32,000 bases of DNA from Megasphaera elsdenii DSM 20460 (GTDB taxonomy: Bacteria > Bacillota > Negativicutes > Veillonellales > Megasphaeraceae). A program made the position numbers and the translations under genes. Below, one piece after another: positions 24,508 through 31,119 of this stretch. Under the pieces are notes generated by a model. It searched no databases. It had not been told where the DNA came from and saw only the letters and a program-made list of their open reading frames with translations. Every line of letters begins with the position of its first letter. Position 1 is the stretch's first letter. Location of the stretch: contig NZ_CP027570.1 of NCBI RefSeq assembly GCF_003010495.1, positions 1,800,001 through 1,832,000 of the forward strand. Reading direction: 5' to 3'.

Positions 24508-25422
24508 TTAGATTCCCAGACGCATATTATGTTTCTGGAAATCAGCATACAGCTTTTCATAGTCATCCGGTGACATGTAGTTGCAATGGCTATGAATGCG
24601 TACGGTGTTGTAAAAGGTATTGATGTATTCAAACACCAACAAGTACGCTTGCTGATAATTTTGAATCTTGAAGCGATTGAGCCATTCCCGTTTAATCAGG
24701 GAGTGGAAGGATTCGATGCAGGCATTGTCCCATGGATAGCCTTTCTTCGAATAGCTGCGGCGCATTTGGGATGTCTCCCGAATATATGCCTGCGAAACAT
24801 ACTGGCAGCCACGGTCCGAATGGATAACCAACAGCTGTCCGGGTTTCCGGCATTGTTTGGCTTCCTGCAGCATCTTGACGATGCCGGCGACGTCCAGATT
24901 ACGGGCCAGATTCCAGGCGATGATTTTCCTGGAGAACAAATCCATAATGCTTTCCAAATAGACGAAACCTTCAGCTGTCCAGATATAGGTGATGTCGCTG
25001 CACCATACTTGATCCGGTTCTTCAGGATTGAAGCATTCCTGAAGGATATTCACCAGCGCCACGTCAAAGTCACTGTTACGGGTCGTTACGGTGTAATGCT
25101 TTACCCAGCAGGCCTGAATGCCCATTTGCCGCATGTATACGCCAACTGTGCGTTCAGAGATACTGTCCCCGTTCTGCTGCATAACTTGGGCAATCTTCGG
25201 GGCTCCGTAAATCTGCTTGGAATCGTCGTAGATAGTTTGAATCTTTTTCTTCATCTCCTTGCGGTGCTGGGCCTGTTTCGATGGTTTGCGCGCCGCCCAG
25301 TCATAATATCCTGAAGAAGAAACGTCGAGTTCAGAAAGCACTCCGGACACCGAAAAACGACGTTCTGCCTGATGGGCATTTTCGGCTTCTTCCTGGACAC
25401 TGCGATAGATGGCAATGGTCAT
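24508..25422 (-). CDS. IS3-family transposase OrfB (DDE integrase core), probably made as an OrfAB fusion by -1 frameshift
   Basis: DDE triad context: WCSDITYI, IHSDRGCQYVS, PWDNACIESFH. The orfB frame is open from the slippery run to its ATG. Confidence 0.9.
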   Translation of the reverse strand: MTIAIYRSVQEEAENAHQAERRFSVSGVLSELDVSSSGYYDWAARKPSKQAQHRKEMKKKIQTIYDDSKQIYGAPKIAQVMQQNGDSISERTVGVYMRQMGIQACWVKHYTVTTRNSDFDVALVNILQECFNPEEPDQVWCSDITYIWTAEGFVYLESIMDLFSRKIIAWNLARNLDVAGIVKMLQEAKQCRKPGQLLVIHSDRGCQYVSQAYIRETSQMRRSYSKKGYPWDNACIESFHSLIKREWLNRFKIQNYQQAYLLVFEYINTFYNTVRIHSHCNYMSPDDYEKLYADFQKHNMRLGI

Positions 25423-25700
25423 TTGTCCAGAATGCTGATAGCTTTTTTTAGGACATTCAACGCATCCTTCGCATCCCGCAGTTCACGCTGCAGACGGGCG
25501 ATTTCCTTAGCTTCATCCGAAGCATAGTTGCCGGAACCACGATAAGGCATTTCGCCATTGTCCTTCAGCTGCTTTTGCCAACGGGACAAGGTTTGTGGAG
25601 CAATACCTAGATTCGTAGCACAGCCAACCAAGCCGAGTTCCCGATGTTCATGATAATATTTAACTGCGTTGATTTTGAATTCTTTGTTGAATTTTGCCAT
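25419..25700 (-). CDS. IS3-family transposase OrfA (HTH)
   Basis: 93 aa with an HTH_Tnp_1-like region (NAVKYYHEH...GIAPQTLSRWQKQ) and a leucine-zipper-like C-terminus. Confidence 0.9.
   Translation of the reverse strand: MAKFNKEFKINAVKYYHEHRELGLVGCATNLGIAPQTLSRWQKQLKDNGEMPYRGSGNYASDEAKEIARLQRELRDAKDALNVLKKAISILDK
25442..25449 (-). promoter_or_regulatory. Programmed -1 ribosomal frameshift site (A AAA AAA G)
   Basis: On the minus strand, CTAAAAAAAGC reads in orfA phase as cuA-AAA-AAA-Gcu. orfB is in the -1 frame (checked by coordinate phase) and has no stop between this site and its ATG. Confidence 0.75.
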
Positions 25701-25780
25701 ACTGAGGCCTCCTTAGTTAATCCTATTGTACCACCATTAGGAACCTCAGTTTGACTTGTCCTATTTATATGCTAACACCA

Positions 25781-26170
25781 CAACGACGCTTCGGGAAACC
25801 CTCAGCGCGTAGCGGGCCGCCTTCACAGGACGGTCCCTGCGATGCAGCCGAGCTGCGTCAAACTCATGATTATATTATGACCGTGTGCCATTTGCCATAA
25901 ATTCCGGCTGTTCACATAAGTCACGGCGGGCCGCCTTGGACAGGTCGCCCCCTACATATCGCATACAGGCGATGATTGGGAAGGCCGTTTACCGAATATA
26001 ACCCAAATACACGGCTAACGGCCTTGTGCGTAGGGGCTGTACCAAGCCTTTTTGGCCCGTCAGGTGCCGACTAATAGGAGTCGCAGGACGGCTGCCAAAA
26101 CGGACAGCTGTGGCTGGGCAGACCGCTCTGTGATATTCAACCACAGCCTATTCGAGCATAATGGTGAGCT
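25781..26170. repeat. Mosaic repeat cluster R10 (continuation of the unit interrupted by the IS)
   Basis: It resumes exactly at ...CAACGACGCTTCGGGAAACCCTCAGCGCGTAGCGGGCCGCC. It then contains the 140-bp module in two pieces (about 25866-25925 and 26045-26125), an inverted CCCCCTAC (25952-25955), the ATCGC-ataca-GGCGAT hairpin, GTAGGGG (26030) and CTGTGATATTCAACCACAGCC. Confidence 0.88.
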
Positions 26171-26244
26171 TTTCTCGATGAGCGATTTCCCGGTTGTACA
26201 AAGAAATTGAAATCTGATACAATAAACTCAAGGAGGTGTGGCCG

Positions 26245-27029
26245 ATGGATGAAGAGATGATGCAGGATGTAAAGGAGCAGCTGGTGGGCGCGTTGGACTA
26301 TGATCAAGCAGCGAAAGGCGTTTTGTCACAGAAAATGGTGCTGGCTTATATCTTGAAACGGACGGTTCCCGAATTTGAATCGGCCAGCCTCGACGATATT
26401 GCCAATATCTACATCGAAGGGACGCCGGAAGTCAGTACGGTTCCGGTTTCTAATTGATTTCTTCACAAAAAGGAACCGAATTTACCAATAGCGACTACAA
26501 TAAAATAAAGAAGGTCTATACCATCTGGATTTGCATGGAAGCCCCGCAGGGAAAAAGCGCTATCAACCGCTATCAGCTGAAAGAACAGCATTTGCTGCAC
26601 CGCTATAAGGAACCTTGTCAGAATTATGACCTCATGGGCATCATCTTTGTCTATCTGGGAAACAGCAAAGTCAAAGACCGGCTGATAAACCTGCTTGATT
26701 TGATGTTCAAATCATCAAAGAACGCCAGTGAAAAGATTACGACCCTGCATAATGATTTTGGGATTGATTTGACACAAGAAGGAGAGGGGGATTTGGAAGT
26801 CATGTGCAACTTAGGAGAAGGAATCTACGAAGATGGCCTGATGAAAGGCAAACAAGAAGGATGGGAGAAAGGTAGAAAAGAAGGCAGAAAAGAAGGCAGA
26901 AGGGAAGGAAAATTGGAATTAGCTCTTGAAATGTTGAAGGATGGGATGGCCTTAGAAAAAGTAGCAAAGTATAGCAAATTATCACTTTCCATCATCAAGG
27001 AACTTGCTAAACAAAATAAATTGATTTAG
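26245..27029 (+). pseudogene. Rpn/PD-(D/E)XK nuclease-family putative transposase, disrupted (internal deletion plus stop)
   Basis: Two abutting ORFs (26236-26457 and 26454-27029). The N-terminal part ...VLAYILKRTVPEFESASLDDIANIYIEGTPEVSTVPV and the C-terminal part ISSQKGTEF..YNKIKKVYTIWIC...KGKQEGWEKGRKEGRKEGRREGKLELALEMLKDGM match the two ends of this family. The central nuclease core (roughly 80-100 aa, judged from my memory of family members) is missing and a TGA sits at the junction. Confidence 0.5.
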
Positions 27030-27041
27030 GAATAATTACAA

Positions 27042-27080
27042 AACACCGCTACGGGGCAAGAAACCATTGGCGGTGTTTTT
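27042..27080 (+). terminator. Terminator-like hairpin
   Basis: AACACCGC (27042-27049) pairs with GCGGTGTT (27070-27077), followed by TTT. The loop is long (~20 nt), so confidence is moderate only. Confidence 0.45.
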
Positions 27081-27359
27081 GTTGAAATTCCCTCGGATTC
27101 AGATGCGGCGTTCCGCCGCGACAAACTCAAATTGACAATGACGCTTCGGGAAACCCTCAGCGCATAGCGGGCCGCCCTTTGGCCGGCCCCTACGACGGCC
27201 CCGGATGGGGCCCTTTCCACAAGCCGAGGGTTTCCTGAGGTGATGTCGTCTACTTGAGTTTAACGTCGCATTGTGGCATTGGGGATGTACACAGGATTCA
27301 CGCGGGACGCCCTTTGGGCGTCCCCTACGAATGGCGGCCTTGCGGGGCGGTCAGGTCCC
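27081..27359. repeat. Mosaic repeat cluster R11, containing a compact ~195-bp palindromic unit
   Basis: The left arm at 27090-27162 (CCCTCGGATTCAGATGCGGCGTTCCGCCGCGACAAACTCAAATTGACAATGACGCTTCGGGAAACCCTCAGCG) is the inverted complement of the right arm at 27221-27284. The centre carries CCCCTAC (27190-27193) and GGCCCC-ggat-GGGGCC. Next come the inverted REP-like GGGACGCCC-ttt-GGGCGTCCCCTAC (27304-27328) and the boundary hairpin (27346-27359). Confidence 0.9.
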
Positions 27360-27439
27360 TTTTATATATATTCCCTCACACGTTTTACTAAACACGTATA
27401 ATGCATAAAAACAAATTATTACAATCGAAAGGAAAAATT

Positions 27440-28483
27440 ATGATTAGATGTAAAAAAATTGCAGTCATCCTGGCTGTTTTTTCGGCCATGGGTATGGTTA
27501 TTCAAGGTCAAGGAAATGGCGATAATATCACTTTTTCTCAAGGTGCACGCACGCCTTTGCCGGCTTTGGCGCCGGCCGCTTATGAAGGGCATTTCTGGCG
27601 TGTCGATGCGGAAAATAATGGGGGCTTGCCTCGGAATTTCCGCACGTGTCAGTCACCTTTTCATAAGGTGGAACATAAATATGCATCGGAAGTCGATTCG
27701 TCTTATGTTCCATCGCGGAAAGGACTGGATGATTTGCGTATTTCCGGGTCCGGCCAGTTTTCGGCCCGCCAGTTCGACGCCCTTGTCCATGAGTTGCGGA
27801 AGAAGACCAAGGGCCCTATTTATGATGTCGACTTACGGCAGGAATCGCATGGCTTCTTTAACGGCACGGCTGTCAGCTGGTATGGCCGCCACGATTGGGG
27901 CAATATCGGCAAATCTCCGACGGCCGTCTTGGCTGATGAACAGCAGCGCTTGCAGGCCGCTTTGGGAAAGGACGTCATCGTCTACGACCAGGGGAAAGGC
28001 GATTTGCCCATTCATCCCCAGACAATAGTCGTCCGCCATGTCCAGACGGAACAGGAAATGGCAGACAGCAAAGGCATCCACTACGTCCGCCTGGCTAACA
28101 CGGATCACCTTTGGCCGACGCCGGGCGAAATCGACGCCTTCTTAGCTTTCGTCCGCACCTTGCCGGATGACGCCTGGCTCCATTTCCATTGCGAAGCCGG
28201 TGCCGGGCGGACGACGGCTTACATGGTTATGTACGACATGATTAAAAATCCCGACCTGCCCTATAAGGACATCGTCTACCGTCAGTATGAAATCGGCGGC
28301 AACTACACGCCGCACGACGTGGCACATCCTAAACAGAGCGATTGGAAAGGACCGTATTATCATGAAAAACACGAAATGGTGTCTTTATTTTATCAGTATG
28401 TGCAAGACCAGACGAAACAGGGATGGAGCCAGTCGTGGTCGCAATGGCTGAAGAATAAAAGAATGAGAGTCAATAACAGTTGA
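27440..28483 (+). CDS. Protein-tyrosine-phosphatase-like phytase (PTP-like inositol polyphosphatase), secreted
   Basis: P-loop HCEAGAGRTT (CX5R(S/T)) within the context WLHFHCEAGAGRTTAYMVMYDM, as in the ruminal Selenomonas/Megasphaera/Mitsuokella PTP-like phytases. Signal peptide MIRCKKIAVILAVFSAMGMVIQG. I prefer ATG 27440 (GAAAGGAAA upstream). Confidence 0.85.
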   Translation: MIRCKKIAVILAVFSAMGMVIQGQGNGDNITFSQGARTPLPALAPAAYEGHFWRVDAENNGGLPRNFRTCQSPFHKVEHKYASEVDSSYVPSRKGLDDLRISGSGQFSARQFDALVHELRKKTKGPIYDVDLRQESHGFFNGTAVSWYGRHDWGNIGKSPTAVLADEQQRLQAALGKDVIVYDQGKGDLPIHPQTIVVRHVQTEQEMADSKGIHYVRLANTDHLWPTPGEIDAFLAFVRTLPDDAWLHFHCEAGAGRTTAYMVMYDMIKNPDLPYKDIVYRQYEIGGNYTPHDVAHPKQSDWKGPYYHEKHEMVSLFYQYVQDQTKQGWSQSWSQWLKNKRMRVNNS

Positions 28484-28651
28484 AATAAAACTGCCATAAA
28501 AGACAATGAACTGTGAATAAATAAACACAAATAAAATTTTTATGCAAAATCACCCTTTGAGTTTTTAAAAATGGTGATTAAAAAATGAAGGGGAAATGGC
28601 TTTGTTGAGCCAATTTTTGCGATGATAAAAGAGGGTAGCAAGCATTAAATT

Positions 28652-28680
28652 TTGACAAGTGCCGAAAAAAGTTGTATAAT
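28652..28680 (+). promoter_or_regulatory. Consensus sigma70-type promoter of the porin gene
   Basis: TTGACA (28652-28657), a 17-nt spacer, then TATAAT (28675-28680). This implies a ~190-nt 5' UTR containing the hairpin CAGGTGT...ACACCTG (about 28690-28718). Confidence 0.7.
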
Positions 28681-28879
28681 AATCGCAACAGGTGTGGTGC
28701 AGACGCAGGCAACACCTGCGAAAAGAGCAAAAAAACAGTACCTTTTTCAAGGCAGTAAAAGAGAGGAAACTAGGACAACTCGCCAATGAACCCTTGGAAA
28801 AAATACGTTTCGGCGCTCGCTAGTAACGGTGTAAGACTTTTTACGAAACTTATTTTTTATTGGAAAAGGGGTAATCCTC

Positions 28880-30217
28880 ATGAAAACAAAAGTATTAGCA
28901 GCTCTCGCAGCAACTATGGCTGTTGGCGCAACTTGCGCTTTCGCAGCTAACCCGTTCGTCGACGTACCGTCTGACAGCTGGGCTTACAAATCCGTCGTAG
29001 AACTCGCTGACGCTGGCATCATCCAGGGTGTCGACGGCCAGTATTTCCAGGGCAACCGTAACATCACTCGTTATGAAGCTGCTGAAATGGTCGCAAAAGC
29101 TATGGCTCACATGGACAAAGCTTCTGTCGAACAGCGTGCCCTCATCAACAAACTTGCTGACGAATATGCTGACGAACTCAACAACCTCGGCGTTCGCGTA
29201 AGCGCTCTGGAAAACCGCGTTGGCAACGTTAAATTGACCGGTGACGCTCGTGTCCGTTATCGTTATCAGGATGGTTCCAAAGAAAATGATAACTCTTGGG
29301 ATTACCGTGTTCGCGTTCGTGCTAATTCGCAAGTCAATGATCGCACAAAAGTTGAATTTGGTGTAAGCACTGACAATCATAATTTCGCTGATAACGGTAC
29401 TGCTAGTAATGCTGAAAACCAGGAAAATAACGGTATCTATGTTGACCGTGCTAATGTTGACTACAACTTCGGTGGCAATAACTGGGATTTGAAAGTTGGC
29501 CGTTATAATTATGTTCTCGGCGGCGATCGTGCTTATGGTTACAATTATGGCGATACCTTTGATGGTGCTCAGTTGAAATATGGCAACGACAAGTTTGCTG
29601 CTACTGCTGGTTACGGTAAGTTTAAAGAAGGCGATATTGCTGGTATTGCAAAAACTAACGATGACGAAGGTCTTGAAGGTACCAAGACTGGCTATGGCGA
29701 ATTGGAAGGCTTCTTCGGCGGCGGCCGTGCAGCTGGTTCGGCTCTCGGTGTTTATTACAATGACTTCAGCGCTAATGATGCAACTCGTGGTGGCCAGGCT
29801 GATGACCTCTGGGGTGCATATGCTAGCTTGAACCTTGGCAAATGGAATGCTTTAGCAAACTATGAAAACGTAAGTTATGCAAAGGATATCAAGACTGCTA
29901 ATGGCAACGATGATAGCGCTAACGTTTGGATTGGCAAATTGACTTATGGCAAAGCTGGTTTCGCTACACCGAAATCTTGGGATGCTTGGGTTGAATACAT
30001 CAATGCTGAAGATGGTGCTTTCGTCGGCGGCTCCACTAATGGTTGGAGATGGGGCAACCACATGGATAATATCGAATCCTGGGGTGTCGGCGCTGACTAC
30101 ACCTTCGCTAAGAATGCTATGTTCCAGGTTATGCAGTCCTTCGGCACGAATACCAAAGACGGCAACGCAAAAGATCCGGAAGAACAGACTCGTGCTCAGT
30201 TCGTATTCGTATTCTAA
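28880..30217 (+). CDS. SLH-domain outer-membrane porin (Mep45-like major OMP of Negativicutes)
   Basis: Signal peptide MKTKVLAALAATMAVGATCAFA|ANPF and an SLH domain (FVDVPSDSWAYKSVVELADAGIIQG...ITRYEAAEMVAKAM). A coiled-coil linker is followed by a Gly/Tyr/Asp-rich beta-barrel region ending in the aromatic OMP signal QFVFVF. Confidence 0.88.
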   Translation: MKTKVLAALAATMAVGATCAFAANPFVDVPSDSWAYKSVVELADAGIIQGVDGQYFQGNRNITRYEAAEMVAKAMAHMDKASVEQRALINKLADEYADELNNLGVRVSALENRVGNVKLTGDARVRYRYQDGSKENDNSWDYRVRVRANSQVNDRTKVEFGVSTDNHNFADNGTASNAENQENNGIYVDRANVDYNFGGNNWDLKVGRYNYVLGGDRAYGYNYGDTFDGAQLKYGNDKFAATAGYGKFKEGDIAGIAKTNDDEGLEGTKTGYGELEGFFGGGRAAGSALGVYYNDFSANDATRGGQADDLWGAYASLNLGKWNALANYENVSYAKDIKTANGNDDSANVWIGKLTYGKAGFATPKSWDAWVEYINAEDGAFVGGSTNGWRWGNHMDNIESWGVGADYTFAKNAMFQVMQSFGTNTKDGNAKDPEEQTRAQFVFVF

Positions 30218-30242
30218 TCCTTCCTTTTGCAGGAAGATTACA

Positions 30243-30278
30243 AAAAGACCACTCAGAAATGGGTGGTCTTTTTTTTTG
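30243..30278 (+). terminator. Rho-independent terminator
   Basis: AAAAAGACCAC-tcagaaatg-GGTGGTCTTTTTTTTT. Confidence 0.88.
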
Positions 30279-30307
30279 AGAAATATTTTGCCTGAAGGAG
30301 CTGAATT

Positions 30308-30955
30308 ATGATATCTCGTGAAGTTAATTTTGCTATATTTTCCTTAGCAATTATTTTTTGGACTGTTTATGTTTTTGTGACTATTAATCATTTTTTTAGC
30401 TTGATAAGAAACTTAAAAATAATATTTTTTGACATGAGAAAGTGTGTAAAAAATATTATTTATTATCAGATTAAAAATTATCCAAATGAAATTGTGGAAT
30501 ATTGTGAAAGGACAATAGTAAGCCATCCTTTTCTTTGTTTAGGAATCTGCTCTTGGATTACGTTGCTTTCCGTCTATTCTTCAGCCATTTTTTTGGAATA
30601 TCAATCTATTATTGCTATTGCACTAGAGATATTCTTTTTAATCTTTATTTTATGGATATGGAGAATAGCTCAAAACAAAAATGAAGGTATTTTTTTCTTT
30701 ATTGTATCAGGTGTCCTCTGTATATTTTTGGATATGTGTATAAAATCCATTCTGCCGGCTTATTCAATACATATGATTTTATGGGTAATAACACTGTTTT
30801 TCATTATAGCAATTGCATTGCCTAATATTAAAGATAATCATATAGATAGGTTGATGTATTTTTTTTATAAGGGAGTTGCCGCCTTTTTATTTTGGTTTGT
30901 GTTTTTAGTAGTTACACCTTCTGATTTAACTATAAAAAATTATGGCAATTTATAG
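30308..30955 (+). CDS. Hypothetical polytopic membrane protein on an AT-rich insert
   Basis: 215 aa with about 5-6 hydrophobic segments rich in Ile/Phe/Leu/Asn/Lys. The segment is visibly much more AT-rich than the rest of the window. GGAG lies 6 nt upstream of the ATG. I recognise no family. Confidence 0.5.
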   Translation: MISREVNFAIFSLAIIFWTVYVFVTINHFFSLIRNLKIIFFDMRKCVKNIIYYQIKNYPNEIVEYCERTIVSHPFLCLGICSWITLLSVYSSAIFLEYQSIIAIALEIFFLIFILWIWRIAQNKNEGIFFFIVSGVLCIFLDMCIKSILPAYSIHMILWVITLFFIIAIALPNIKDNHIDRLMYFFYKGVAAFLFWFVFLVVTPSDLTIKNYGNL

Positions 30956-31119
30956 TAACTTTTTTTTCACATATTGAGTAAGCAAACTATAGTAATTTTG
31001 AAGAATGTTTAGTGTTTCTATACTTTCTACACATATAATGGTAAATGAAATAATATAGCCATTTGTGTATATGTTAAATTGATATAACTGATAATATATG
31101 GCTTAGATATGCGATTTAT

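Larger units (their letters stand above)
24459..25780 (-). mobile_element. IS3-family insertion sequence (1322 bp), apparently intact
   Basis: TG...CA termini with imperfect ~40-bp inverted repeats: TGGTCCTATG...GGACAAATTAAATTGAGGTT against the reverse complement TGGTGTTAGC...GGACAAGTCAAACTGAGGTT. 3-bp direct duplication CAA (24456-24458 and 25781-25783). orfA and orfB overlap in the -1 phase. Confidence 0.9.
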
